Counted from the whole stretch's first letter, positions 40,710 through 50,855 are shown. The stretch is DNA of 57,261 nucleotides, filler included, from Candidatus Woesearchaeota archaeon (GCA_016188265.1; 4 parts of 4 records of this genome joined end to end with filler, not necessarily neighbours in it); one strand, 5' to 3'. Program-made: numbers and translations. The notes: generated by a model not told the origin, from the letters alone.

Positions 40710-41658
40710 CGTTCCACCTTTCGTCTAATTCATTATCCCAGTCTTTTTTAAGTGTTTTTTCACTATATAGTATATGCCACATTTTTGTCTTTGAAAAAGC
40801 ATGTTTATCTAAAACATGAGTTAGCTCATGTAAAAGAGTTGAAGCAATTTTTTCAGAACCATTGTTTAAAATAAATTGTATATCAAAAAAAATTCTCATA
40901 TCATTTGAATCAGGCTGAAATTCTATAATATCTTTATGCCTTCCAAATGCTTTTTTTAATCTAGACACAAAACCTTTTTCTCCATATTTTTTAATAATGT
41001 AAATTTCTAAATTTTTTTCAAAAACACCGCCAAAAACACTTTCAACAACGTCGCTTCCAAAAACTATTTTTACTGAATTTTCTAATTTCTTGTTTATTTC
41101 AGATATAATTTCATTAATATTCTTTCCAATGTTTTTTGCATAATCTGCAATCTCAAAATAAACCTTTTTTTCAAGAAATATTGCAGTTTTTATTGCAGGT
41201 TCATATACTATTCTTAATCTTATTTTTTTATACGGCGCTACATTGACTTGAATGTAGTATTGCTGAGATAAAACACCTATTTTTTGATCTAGTTCTTTTA
41301 AAATTAAAATTGCATAACTGCTTTTTTTTATAAAAATACCTAATAAGTTATTTATTTTTTTTGTAGCGCAATTTTTGTATTTTTTTGTTTTTAATTCTTG
41401 AGCTGTTTTTATCAATGTATTTAATTCATTAACAACTCTTAAAAGCCCCAACAAAGGCTCTCCTAACCTATTTAATCTAGCATCCCTGATATGATTAATA
41501 AAATGTTCACAAATATAAATAAATTCTAATCTTAAATTTTTTAGCTTAATTTCTTGCTCTACTAAATTTAATTCTTTAATGTATCCAAGCTCTTGCTCTA
41601 AATCATTTGATAATACTAATATTTCTCCAACTAGTTTTTGAAATTCTTGCTCAACCAT
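40702..41658 (-). CDS. Hypothetical HEXXH protein, probably truncated, ending in an antitoxin-like tail
   Basis: LLHELTHV followed by SEKTLKKDWDNELDERWNDV, which overlaps the mazF-like start. Confidence 0.6.
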   Translation of the reverse strand: MVEQEFQKLVGEILVLSNDLEQELGYIKELNLVEQEIKLKNLRLEFIYICEHFINHIRDARLNRLGEPLLGLLRVVNELNTLIKTAQELKTKKYKNCATKKINNLLGIFIKKSSYAILILKELDQKIGVLSQQYYIQVNVAPYKKIRLRIVYEPAIKTAIFLEKKVYFEIADYAKNIGKNINEIISEINKKLENSVKIVFGSDVVESVFGGVFEKNLEIYIIKKYGEKGFVSRLKKAFGRHKDIIEFQPDSNDMRIFFDIQFILNNGSEKIASTLLHELTHVLDKHAFSKTKMWHILYSEKTLKKDWDNELDERWNDV

Positions 41659-41865
41659 TGATAATATTTTAATTAATGACCCTTAATTAGTTTGTGGTTT
41701 ATGGTTGGTGGTTTGTGGCAAAAGACTTTTTTTAATCATTAATAAACTTAAGTCAAATACTTGATAATTGTGTCAAAAATAATTATTTTTCCTATAAATA
41801 TGTCAGAATATTAATATAATTTAAAACTAAAATATTGCAATAAAAAAAGTTGTGCTTGAATATAC

Positions 41866-42426
41866 TTGAATAAAATGGATAATGCTTACACGTATTGCAG
41901 ATTTCCTGCTTTAGAAAACACTTTTGTTGCAGTTTCACATACACCTAACCAGTGTAATGTTTTAATTGCAGGTCAAATAAAAGATCATGAATCTACTAAA
42001 GGTTTAGTTAATGCAGTTCTTGCAGGACTTCAAGAAACAGGACTAAAATTAAAATTTTCTTTTGCAGAAAATAGTGAAAAAACACTTGATTTATTGAGAG
42101 AAAATTTCTGGAAAAATAAACAATACGATATTGTTATATTAACTGAAAAATGCGATAAACCATATGACATTGGAAGTTTAACAAGCATGCTAATTGAGCG
42201 AAGAAGATGCGGTGAAGTTATTCTTATTTCATCAACACCAGATAATTATAGAACAGGCATGTTAAACATGACATTAGTTCAAAACATTCAAAATCTTGAG
42301 ACTTACTTAAAAGAAATAAATAAAACTTCAACTTCTACAGGATTTGGAATTAATGCTTCAAGTAAACCTGAAGAAAAATGTTCATACAACATATTGGAAG
42401 AATTTAATAAATTATTTGGTCAATAA
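41866..42426 (+). CDS. Hypothetical protein
   Basis: 186-aa ORF; start probably 41875. Confidence 0.6.
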   Translation: MNKMDNAYTYCRFPALENTFVAVSHTPNQCNVLIAGQIKDHESTKGLVNAVLAGLQETGLKLKFSFAENSEKTLDLLRENFWKNKQYDIVILTEKCDKPYDIGSLTSMLIERRRCGEVILISSTPDNYRTGMLNMTLVQNIQNLETYLKEINKTSTSTGFGINASSKPEEKCSYNILEEFNKLFGQ

Positions 42427-42629
42427 TTGCATTCTCCTTCACTAAAATCAACACCAACACATTGTGCTAGACAAGCATTAGAATATGTTTTTCCATCACT
42501 GCCGCATACAGGATCATAAACCTGTACACAAATGCAAGTCTGAGTTTGTCCTCCTTGTATTTTGCCTTCTTTATTTTCTGAACAAGCAACAAGAAAAATA
42601 ATAATTAAAAACACAAAAATATATTTCAT
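42420..42629 (-). CDS. Kazal-type protease inhibitor domain lipoprotein
   Basis: LVAC lipobox; CVQVYDPVCGSDGKTYSNACLAQC...GEC. Confidence 0.92.
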   Translation of the reverse strand: MKYIFVFLIIIFLVACSENKEGKIQGGQTQTCICVQVYDPVCGSDGKTYSNACLAQCVGVDFSEGECNY

Positions 42630-42668
42630 TTGTTGCGGATACTCCGTTGCTTGTAACGATTGGGATTT

Positions 42669-43097
42669 TTATTTTATAAGCTTGTTTTTTCTCAGTAACA
42701 TTTTCAATAAAATAAATTCTTCTGAGTTTTTAAATTTCTCTAGTTCAGTGTGGCTAAGTTTTTTTAAAACTTCAATAGTTATTTTTGATACTTGACGTAA
42801 ATCTTCTCTAATAGGATTAATTTCTTCAACAACTACTCTTTCATTTTCTTCTTGTTTAACTGTGCTTTTTCTGCTAAGAAGCCGTGAAAAAAAACCATTA
42901 CTTTGAACTTGTTCTGTTGCTTGTAATTGGTGATCATTAGTTTCTATTGAATCAGAATAAGTTTCAATAGCAGGATTTAAATCAACACTTGATTGTGTTT
43001 TACTTTTCCAACCAGTAAGCAGATTATTAAATACTCCTGCGCGCCTTCTTTCAGAAATATACTCTTCAAGCTCCCTGTCAAATTCCAATCTGCTCAT
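42669..43097 (-). CDS. Hypothetical protein
   Basis: 142-aa ORF with upstream TATA-like element. Confidence 0.7.
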   Translation of the reverse strand: MSRLEFDRELEEYISERRRAGVFNNLLTGWKSKTQSSVDLNPAIETYSDSIETNDHQLQATEQVQSNGFFSRLLSRKSTVKQEENERVVVEEINPIREDLRQVSKITIEVLKKLSHTELEKFKNSEEFILLKMLLRKNKLIK

Positions 43098-43148
43098 ATA
43101 TTAATAAATAAATCTAGTTATATTTAAAAACATTATTGTAATAAAAAC

Positions 43149-43385
43149 TCAAAAATATACTTCTTCTTCAAATGGCCCGAAAAAAATACCTTCAATCACA
43201 GTTTTTCCAAGCACCTCTTTATTAGTAAATAAGGTTCTAATATCTGCACTTGGCAATTTGTTACGAATCAAATCAATAATTGCTTCTTTTTCATTTGCAG
43301 TACACCCGCCTATAATATGTATAAAAACATAGCTTGAATTTTCCATTCCTTTAAGCATTGAGTATATTTTTGGCTTAATTTTTGA
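43149..43385 (-). CDS. C-terminal fragment of a hypothetical protein (weakly FtsZ-C-like), 5' end lost in gap
   Basis: Frame adjoins the contig edge; VFIHIIGG. Confidence 0.4.
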   Translation of the reverse strand, partial: SKIKPKIYSMLKGMENSSYVFIHIIGGCTANEKEAIIDLIRNKLPSADIRTLFTNKEVLGKTVIEGIFFGPFEEEVYF

Positions 43386-43485
43386 NNNNNNNNNNNNNNN
43401 NNNNNNNNNNNNNNNNNNNNNNNNNNNNNTTAATTAATTAANNNNNNNNNNNNNNNNNNNNNNNNNNNNNNNNNNNNNNNNNNNN
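43386..43485. other. Artificial contig linker
   Basis: N-run with TTAATTAATTAA. Confidence 0.97.
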
Positions 43486-43489
43486 ATAA

Positions 43490-44755
43490 TCAGAGTTCTC
43501 CTGCTGTGACTAAATTAATTTTTGTATCTCTTGGTGAGATTTTTGCATCCATCGCCACTACGTATTGAACATGTGATTTTTCAGCAACATCTGTTATTCC
43601 TTTATCTGCTACACCATCAAATACAACTGCAAAAACCCCTCCATTAAGGCTAGTTAATGTTGTTGCAAGTTCTGTGCAAGGGACTTTTCCAAGAATATTT
43701 AATTTTTCATCAAGCAGTACAGCTCCGCGTGTGCCAATTAAGCTTTCTAGCAGTTCTCCAAATTTTACTTTTTCATTTTGTCCTAAACTTTTTCTCTCAA
43801 TAGTTGGTGACAGAACTGATTTTGTTTGTGCCTGCTGCTGTTTGAGATTTTGTTGTCTTGGCAGTTGTTGTGTGTTTACAACTCTTCGCTGCATCATAGG
43901 CTTTCTTATAGCATTGCTTGTATCTACCAACTCTAGTTTAGCTTGTTCTGAAGTTATTTTGCTTCTAATTGCTTTATGAATTTCTTTTTTTGTTAACTCT
44001 TCAACTTCTTTTCCATCAGGTGCTCTTGCGACAAAATCAACTTCAGCAATATTGAACAATTCCTTGATTATCAAATCTCCACCTCTATCACCATCAACAA
44101 AAACTGTTACTTCTTTCTTTTTGCTTAAGTCTATTACTGTTTGAGGACAAGATGTTCCATTCATGGCAATTGCGTTTTTGAAACCATTTTTTAAAAGTGT
44201 AAGAACATCTGCACGCCCTTCTACTACTATGATGTCATCTGATTCATTGATTGCAGGCCCTGCTGGAAGCCTATCAGTTCCATACTCTACTGCTTCCATA
44301 ATTCTAACTGAGTGTGCAACTTCTTCTGCAATTTCCAAGCTGTCTGGCATAACCTTATCTATCATTGTACGAAGTAATTCTTTAGCTCTTTCAATTACAA
44401 AAATTCTTTTACTAACCCGAACATCTTCTATGTTTTGAACCTTTATCTTTGCATTACAAGGGCCTATTCTTTGAATTACTTCAAGTGAAGCAGCAATAAT
44501 GCTTGTTTCAGCTTTATCTAAAGATGAAGGTATTACAATAACTCCCGTACTTTTTCCTGATCTGGTATCAACATTTACTTCAATTCTTCCTATTCTTCCA
44601 CTTCTTTGTAATTCTCTTAATTCAAGCTCAGAGCCTAATAATCCTTCAGTTTGCCCAAAAATAGCTCCTATAACGTCTGGCTTATCAACTACACCATCAA
44701 TTTCAATTGAAGCATGTACAATATATTTTGATGTTACTGGACTAATTTTTCCCAT
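43490..44755 (-). CDS. dnaG: Archaeal DnaG (primase-like, exosome-associated)
   Basis: GAIFGQTEGLLG, TOPRIM VVEGRADV and DGDRGG. Confidence 0.95.
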   Translation of the reverse strand: MGKISPVTSKYIVHASIEIDGVVDKPDVIGAIFGQTEGLLGSELELRELQRSGRIGRIEVNVDTRSGKSTGVIVIPSSLDKAETSIIAASLEVIQRIGPCNAKIKVQNIEDVRVSKRIFVIERAKELLRTMIDKVMPDSLEIAEEVAHSVRIMEAVEYGTDRLPAGPAINESDDIIVVEGRADVLTLLKNGFKNAIAMNGTSCPQTVIDLSKKKEVTVFVDGDRGGDLIIKELFNIAEVDFVARAPDGKEVEELTKKEIHKAIRSKITSEQAKLELVDTSNAIRKPMMQRRVVNTQQLPRQQNLKQQQAQTKSVLSPTIERKSLGQNEKVKFGELLESLIGTRGAVLLDEKLNILGKVPCTELATTLTSLNGGVFAVVFDGVADKGITDVAEKSHVQYVVAMDAKISPRDTKINLVTAGEL

Positions 44756-45027
44756 TTTAAACCCCCATTATGGGCTAACTAGAACAAGCTACACATGGCT
44801 TTTTATCATAAAGTATTTTATTTATACTATATCTGGCCAGTGAATATGTGTTTGTGATAAATGAAATTTGAATTATTAATTGTTCTAGTAAACCCTTATA
44901 TGATTATTAAATGTTGCCCGCCTAACTAACCCCCAAGCTCATTGCTTGGTATGTCACCGTGAGCTCCATTGGGTACTCTCTGTGACGGGCTTGCACTTTA
45001 CGTGCGTATCTTGAAAAAACAGCCAGC

Positions 45028-45035
45028 TTTATAAA
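45028..45035. promoter_or_regulatory. Palindromic TATA box, possibly bidirectional
   Basis: TTTATAAA about 22 nt before the rio1 ATG and a similar distance from the structured region on the minus strand. Confidence 0.5.
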
Positions 45036-45056
45036 TCTTATGGTTTATTAAATATT

Positions 45057-45776
45057 ATGGGTATATTTAGAGAAAAATTCAAAACTCTTAAAAATGTATT
45101 TGATCTTTTTACTGAGCGAAACTTGTTTAAATTAATCTCTCAGGGATACTTTGAAGGTTTAGAAAGCCCTATTTCTATAGGTAAAGAAGCAAATATTTTC
45201 ACAGCTAAAATTAAGGAAGGTGAAAAACGCATTGTTAAGATTTATAGGCTAAGCACTTGTGATTTTATGCAAATGTATTCTTACTTAAGAAGCGATCCTA
45301 GAATTAAAAAAATAAATAGAAATAGAAGGCAAATAATTTTTACATGGGCACAACGTGAATATAGAAACTTATTGAAAGCAAGAGCAGCAGGTGTTAGAGT
45401 TCCAACACCATTTTCTTGTTTATACAACATTTTGGTATTGGAATTTATAGGTGATGATGATCCTGCACCTCAGCTTAAGGATAAAATTCCTGAAAATCCT
45501 TTTCAGTTTTATAATGAACTTGTAGAAGAAATGCAAAAGCTGTACAAAGCAGGACTAGTTCATGCTGACTTGTCTAAATTTAATGTTTTAAATTTTCAAG
45601 AACACCCTGTTTTAATTGATTTTTCTCAGGCTACAAGCCTTGACAACCCCCGAGCAATTGAGTACTTAAAAAGAGATGTTCACAATATTGTAACATTTTT
45701 TAAAAAATTAAACATTTATGAAGATGAAGAAAAATTATTGAAAAGTATACAAACTTTTAAAAAGAAAAGCTTTTAG
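45057..45776 (+). CDS. rio1: RIO1 kinase
   Basis: IS.GKEA, VKIY, VHADLS.FN and IDFSQ. Confidence 0.95.
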   Translation: MGIFREKFKTLKNVFDLFTERNLFKLISQGYFEGLESPISIGKEANIFTAKIKEGEKRIVKIYRLSTCDFMQMYSYLRSDPRIKKINRNRRQIIFTWAQREYRNLLKARAAGVRVPTPFSCLYNILVLEFIGDDDPAPQLKDKIPENPFQFYNELVEEMQKLYKAGLVHADLSKFNVLNFQEHPVLIDFSQATSLDNPRAIEYLKRDVHNIVTFFKKLNIYEDEEKLLKSIQTFKKKSF

Positions 45777-45796
45777 CTAATTTGTGAATTTTAGAA

Positions 45797-46369
45797 ATGC
45801 CAAAATCACCCCCAACAATAATACCTGAAGAATATGCTTATGAACTGCGTATTCCAAAAGAAAGAATTGCAATACTTATTGGAAAAAGCGGTGAGATTAA
45901 AAAACAATTAGAAAAAGATACAGAATCTCGAATAAATGTTGACAGTGAAGAAGGCATTGTGCAAATAAAAGGTGCAAATGCAATACATTTATTTGCATTG
46001 CGCGAAATTATCAGAGCAATAGGCAGAGGTTTTAATCCTGAAATTGCAAAATATTTATTGAAGCAAGATTATGCGCTTGAAGTAATAAATCTCTCCAACT
46101 ATACCTCAACTCAAAAAGAACTTATTCGTTTAAGAGGCAGAATAATTGGAGAAGGAGGAAAAGCTAGAAATACCATAGAAACACTAACAAATGTTTACGT
46201 ATCAGTTTTTGGAAAAACAGTATCAATACTAGGATCGTTTGATAGCATAGCATTAGCGCGTAAAGCAGTTGAGCAGTTATTATCAGGAAGCCCGCACAGT
46301 AAAGTTTATTATTGGCTTGAAAGAAAACAAAAAGAAATTATAAAAAAAGAATGGATTCCAAATGAGTGA
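45797..46369 (+). CDS. KH-domain rRNA-processing protein (Dim2/Pno1/Krr1)
   Basis: LIGK.G, AIGRGF.PE, GRIIG.GGK and G.PH. Confidence 0.93.
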   Translation: MPKSPPTIIPEEYAYELRIPKERIAILIGKSGEIKKQLEKDTESRINVDSEEGIVQIKGANAIHLFALREIIRAIGRGFNPEIAKYLLKQDYALEVINLSNYTSTQKELIRLRGRIIGEGGKARNTIETLTNVYVSVFGKTVSILGSFDSIALARKAVEQLLSGSPHSKVYYWLERKQKEIIKKEWIPNE

Positions 46370-48002
46370 ATTAACAGCAGTAAAACTTGCACAACAGCAA
46401 AGAGAAGTTAGTGTTGCAGAGTTTTTTGAAAGAAATAGGCATCTTCTTGGCTTTGATAATAAGCGCAAAGCTCTTTTAACTGTTGTTAAGGAAGCTTGTG
46501 ACAACAGTTTGGACGCAACTGAAGAAGCAAGAGTTTTACCTGAAATTAATGTTGAAATAATTGATTTAGGAAATGATAAGTTTCGCATTATTGTAGAAGA
46601 TAATGGCCCTGGAATTGTAAAAAAACAAATTCCAAATGTTTTTGGAAAACTATTGTATGGAAGTAAATTTCATTCCATGAAAATGAGTCGCGGACAACAA
46701 GGCATAGGAATTTCAGCATCTTGTTTATATGCACAATTAACAACTGGCAGGCCTTTGCGAGTTATTTCTAAAATTTCACCAAAACATCCTGCAGTTTATA
46801 TGGAAATTGGAATTGATACAAAAAATAATCGCGCTCAAGTTTTTAAAGAAGAAGAAAAAGAATGGAAAAAAGAACATGGAACCAGAATTGAGCTTGATAT
46901 TGAAGGAAGCTACCAGAAAGGAGAGCAAAGTGTTGATGTTTACTTAAAAGAAACTGCAATTGTAAATCCACACGCCACAATACTTTATACCAATCCTAAA
47001 GCAGAACAACTTATATTTCCAAGAGCAACAGATCTATTGCCAGTTCAACCAAAAGAAATCAAGCCCCACCCATACGGTGTTGAACATGGAATTTTGATGA
47101 AAATGCTGCAAACAACAGAATCGCGCACTCTTCAAAGTTTTTTAACAAATGATTTTTCAAGAGTTGGTCCTGGAACTGCTAAAGAAATTTGCCAAAATGC
47201 AAGATTACTTCCAAATTCAAAGCCTTCTGAACTAACACACCCCCAAATTGAACAATTAATGGAAGGAATAAAAAATACAAAAATAATTGCGCCACCAGCA
47301 GACTGCATTTCTCCAATTGGCGCTGAACTTCTTGAAAAAGGATTGAAGAAAGAAGTAAACTCTGAATTCTATGCAACATCAACAAGATCTCCTGAAGTAT
47401 ATAGGGGAATTCCATTTATTATTGAAGCAGGCATAGCTTACGGAGGAGAGCAAGCAGGAGACCAATCAATAAGACTATTAAGATTCGCAAACAGAGTTCC
47501 ACTACTTTACCAGCAAAGCTCTTGCGCAACATTCAAGGCAATTACTGGAATGAATTGGAGACAATACGGACTCTCACAAAGCCAAGGCGCGCTTCCAATA
47601 GGCCCTGTAACAGTTGTAGTCCATCTTGCATCAGTATGGCCTCCATTTACATCAGAAGCTAAAGAAGCAATAGCACACTATCCTGAAATCATAAAAGAAA
47701 TGAGACTTGCATTACAAGATTGCGGCAGAAAATTATCATCATACATTAATAAAAAAAAAAGAGTTGGAGAAGCACAACAAAGAATCAGCATATTTGAAAA
47801 TTACATTCCAGAAGTAGCAGGATTTTTAGAAGCATTAACTGGAGAGAAAAAAGAAAAAACAATAGAAAAAATGAGACAAATGCTTTCAAAAAACAAAGAA
47901 TTAATACAACAGTATAAAGAAGCTCATGAAGTAACAAAACGTGAAGCAGAAGAAAAAGAAGACCAAATTGAACTAAAAGGCGCAATAGAATATGACGAAT
48001 AA
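46362..48002 (+). CDS. top6B: DNA topoisomerase VI subunit B
   Basis: E..DNSLDA, DNGPG, RGQQGIG and RFANRVPLLY. Confidence 0.97.
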   Translation: MSELTAVKLAQQQREVSVAEFFERNRHLLGFDNKRKALLTVVKEACDNSLDATEEARVLPEINVEIIDLGNDKFRIIVEDNGPGIVKKQIPNVFGKLLYGSKFHSMKMSRGQQGIGISASCLYAQLTTGRPLRVISKISPKHPAVYMEIGIDTKNNRAQVFKEEEKEWKKEHGTRIELDIEGSYQKGEQSVDVYLKETAIVNPHATILYTNPKAEQLIFPRATDLLPVQPKEIKPHPYGVEHGILMKMLQTTESRTLQSFLTNDFSRVGPGTAKEICQNARLLPNSKPSELTHPQIEQLMEGIKNTKIIAPPADCISPIGAELLEKGLKKEVNSEFYATSTRSPEVYRGIPFIIEAGIAYGGEQAGDQSIRLLRFANRVPLLYQQSSCATFKAITGMNWRQYGLSQSQGALPIGPVTVVVHLASVWPPFTSEAKEAIAHYPEIIKEMRLALQDCGRKLSSYINKKKRVGEAQQRISIFENYIPEVAGFLEALTGEKKEKTIEKMRQMLSKNKELIQQYKEAHEVTKREAEEKEDQIELKGAIEYDE

Positions 48003-49071
48003 ACAATTAGAAAAACTAAAAGAACTTGGAAATGACATAATTAAAGATATTGACAAAAATAAAAATCCATCAATTGACGTGCCTATTAGAACACTGGCAA
48101 ATGTTCAGTTTAATCAAAAAACAAAAAAGTTAGAGCTAGGGAAAAAGTCAGCAAAAAGATTCTTCTTCAATGTTGGACATGCCAAAAAATTCCTTCAAAC
48201 ACTTGCAGTTGCATCTGTAAGCAAAGAACTGCTAGGACTGGACAAAAATGCGCATTTAAGAGATGTTTTTTACAGTATTAAAAGAACAATCCCAAATACT
48301 GATGTTAATATTGTTGACGAACAAAGCGAATCAGATAAAGCTATTGAAGATCTAGAATTAATCAGTGATTTGTCAAGAGAACAATTGCACATAACTGCCA
48401 ACAAAGCAGGATCAGTAGTTGGAAGTGTGGTAATAGAAGATGATGGCGACATAATTGATTGGTCAAAATTAGGAAGCGGAGGATGGAGTATTCCCTCAAC
48501 AGTTGAAAAAGTGAAATTCAAAAAAGTAAATGCAAAATTTGTTCTCTACATGGAAAAAGCAGGAACTTGGGAGCGTTTAAGAGAAGACCGTTTCTGGGAA
48601 AAACAAAAATGCATAATCGTGAGTTCTCACGGACAAACAACCAGGGGAATAAGAAGACTTTTACAAAGGCTCAATCAAGAACATAACTTGCCAATATATG
48701 TACTTGCAGATTTTGACCCTTGGGGATTTTATATTTATTCAGTATTAAAATTCGGATCTATTAATCTAGCTCATGCTTCAGAAACAATGGCCTTGCCAAA
48801 AGCCAAATTTTTAGGCATTACTGCAGATGACATAGAAAAATACAATCTTAAAAAACATTTTATCAAAATGAAAGAAATTGATTTTACAAGACTAAAACAA
48901 ATCATGAATTATGAATGGTTCAAAAACAACAAAGAATGGCAAAGACAATTTAAACTAATGAATAGCTACAAAGCAAAAGTAGAAATTCAATCATTATCAT
49001 CCAGAGGAATTACATTTATTTCTGAAAAATACTTGCCTGAAAAAATTAAAGAAGCAAAATTCTTAGACTAG
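47992..49071 (+). CDS. top6A: DNA topoisomerase VI subunit A
   Basis: LRDVFY, EK, G....R and DFDPWG. Confidence 0.96.
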   Translation: MTNKQLEKLKELGNDIIKDIDKNKNPSIDVPIRTLANVQFNQKTKKLELGKKSAKRFFFNVGHAKKFLQTLAVASVSKELLGLDKNAHLRDVFYSIKRTIPNTDVNIVDEQSESDKAIEDLELISDLSREQLHITANKAGSVVGSVVIEDDGDIIDWSKLGSGGWSIPSTVEKVKFKKVNAKFVLYMEKAGTWERLREDRFWEKQKCIIVSSHGQTTRGIRRLLQRLNQEHNLPIYVLADFDPWGFYIYSVLKFGSINLAHASETMALPKAKFLGITADDIEKYNLKKHFIKMKEIDFTRLKQIMNYEWFKNNKEWQRQFKLMNSYKAKVEIQSLSSRGITFISEKYLPEKIKEAKFLD

Positions 49072-49108
49072 AAAAAGACAAAATTAAGTTATAGAAATAG
49101 TTTGTCTT

Positions 49109-49239
49109 TGTCAAGAACCTACTTACTAAAGTAGGTAGCGTGTTTACACACAGCTACTAAATAATTAAGTAGTTCTTGATCACACCAAGATTCCAGTACT
49201 AAACCACTAGTGAAACAATAGTGGAATCTTAGTGTTTCA
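49109..49239 (-). mobile_element. Modular palindromic element, copy 3
   Basis: The reverse complement of 49109-49182 matches 25326-25398 with about three differences. Second module: TGAAACACTAAGATTCCA...TGGAATCTTGGTG. Confidence 0.88.
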
Positions 49240-49255
49240 ATATAATTAAGGATAA

Positions 49256-49354
49256 TACTTAACTTTGCCACTTCATCTGACTAAGTAGTAAGTTTAGAAT
49301 TCCATTATTATTTTTTCACAGTTGTATTTACTTTTCACGTGGTAAAGTTAAGTA
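49256..49354. mobile_element. 99-bp MITE with 16-bp TIRs and a 4-bp TSD
   Basis: TACTTAACTTTGCCAC ... GTGGTAAAGTTAAGTA (15/16), flanked by ATAA on both sides. Confidence 0.7.
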
Positions 49355-49427
49355 ATAATATAATTTACTTATGTCCTCAATTAGATATTAAAAAGGTTTT
49401 TAAATAAATCAAACATAATAATATAAC

Positions 49428-50318
49428 ATGCCAATTGATATTACTCAAACGCTTCTTCCATTTTTGAAATCTTTTAGCACAGGATTAATTGTTTTTACAA
49501 TGATTATTCTTGGAATAATAATATATTTTAATGTGAAAAAGAAGTGTGGTTTTTTTACAACATTATACAAATGTTTTAATCTTTCAGAATATGCTTCTTT
49601 AAAAGATTATTCTATTGGCCAAAGCTTAGGATTTTATGCTTTGCTGATTATTTTATTTTTATTAGTTGGTTCAAGTTTGTTTTTTGTTGCTTTAAGTATT
49701 TCTCTCCCATCATTATTAACAACAGAACTGCCTGAAATAAGCATAACAAACGGCGTTGTAAGTCTTGAGCAGGATCCATATATTGTTGAAAATATTTTTT
49801 ATGCATCAACCCTTGACTTTGATTATAAAACAAGAGAAGAACCTTTAGTGCTTACAAAAACACAATTAGTAATTCGTGATAGAAACAATATAGAAGTTCA
49901 GGATTTAGCTGGTATAAGTTTTTTTAATTTAAGTAATATTATGCCAAGATTGCCTAAGCTCTTAATAACTTTTTTTGTTATAGGCTTAATTGCAGTGGGT
50001 TTTATATTATTTGTTTACTATTTAGTTTATTTCTTGCTTTTATCCCTTGTTTTAATGCTTAATAATTTATTTTTTAAAAGAAACTGGTATTATTCTCAAT
50101 ACTTTAATGTTGCATTGTTTAGCAGCATACCTATATTGCTTATAATAAATGTTTTGTTTTTATTTATTCCAAGCACTGCATTTTTGCCTACAATAATTCA
50201 ATTAATACTGCTTAGCTGGCTTACATGGTGGCTTTCAGCTCCAAAACCAACAGTTGAAGTATCTTCAATAAAGTTTAGAAAAAGACAATTTCAGAAACCT
50301 TTTCGCAGAAGAAGTTGA
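49428..50318 (+). CDS. DUF1189-like membrane protein
   Basis: TM helices flanking an extracellular loop P.I.I.NG; Y.....VAL....P. Confidence 0.75.
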   Translation: MPIDITQTLLPFLKSFSTGLIVFTMIILGIIIYFNVKKKCGFFTTLYKCFNLSEYASLKDYSIGQSLGFYALLIILFLLVGSSLFFVALSISLPSLLTTELPEISITNGVVSLEQDPYIVENIFYASTLDFDYKTREEPLVLTKTQLVIRDRNNIEVQDLAGISFFNLSNIMPRLPKLLITFFVIGLIAVGFILFVYYLVYFLLLSLVLMLNNLFFKRNWYYSQYFNVALFSSIPILLIINVLFLFIPSTAFLPTIIQLILLSWLTWWLSAPKPTVEVSSIKFRKRQFQKPFRRRS

Positions 50319-50854
50319 ATTTTTTTACAAATAACTGGCTTTTTATTTTTTGCAACATACCTGTAAGGCAGGATTACGCTTTCATTTTTATCTGTCTGTA
50401 TTTCAGGTTCGTCAATAAAATTAATTTCTTGCAATCTTTTACCATCAACTATCATTTTAGTAACAAGAACTGCAGTGTCAGTGCTCATTTGTTTTGGTCC
50501 TAACTTTCTTTTTTCACAATTTAAGTTTTCAGATAATATTCTGGTTCTTCCTTCAGCCGGAGCATTGCCAAGAATGCCTCCAAAAATAAAGTAATTAAAA
50601 TTTTTAGCTTCATTAGGAGTTAATTCTTTTTTAGCTTTAGGATCTAAAAGGCAGGAGTTTTTCAAATTTAATTGAATTACAGATTTATTTTTTGTAATGC
50701 CTAAATTTTTTATTTTGTCAGAACAATTCTGTGGTGAATTTAGGTTAGTAAACCAAACATTTTTTTTGCCAACAATCTTAGATGTGTGCTCATACTCAGC
50801 CAGACACCAAGCCCATAATTTTGGCTCAAGATGTTCAATAATAAATATTGGCAT
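50291..50854 (-). CDS. SPOUT methyltransferase, Sfm1/DUF431-like
   Basis: IIEHLE, LLDP.A...L, FGGILG, LG..QM.TD.A and LPYRY. Confidence 0.88.
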   Translation of the reverse strand: MPIFIIEHLEPKLWAWCLAEYEHTSKIVGKKNVWFTNLNSPQNCSDKIKNLGITKNKSVIQLNLKNSCLLDPKAKKELTPNEAKNFNYFIFGGILGNAPAEGRTRILSENLNCEKRKLGPKQMSTDTAVLVTKMIVDGKRLQEINFIDEPEIQTDKNESVILPYRYVAKNKKPVICKKIQLLLRKGF

Positions 50855-50855
50855 A

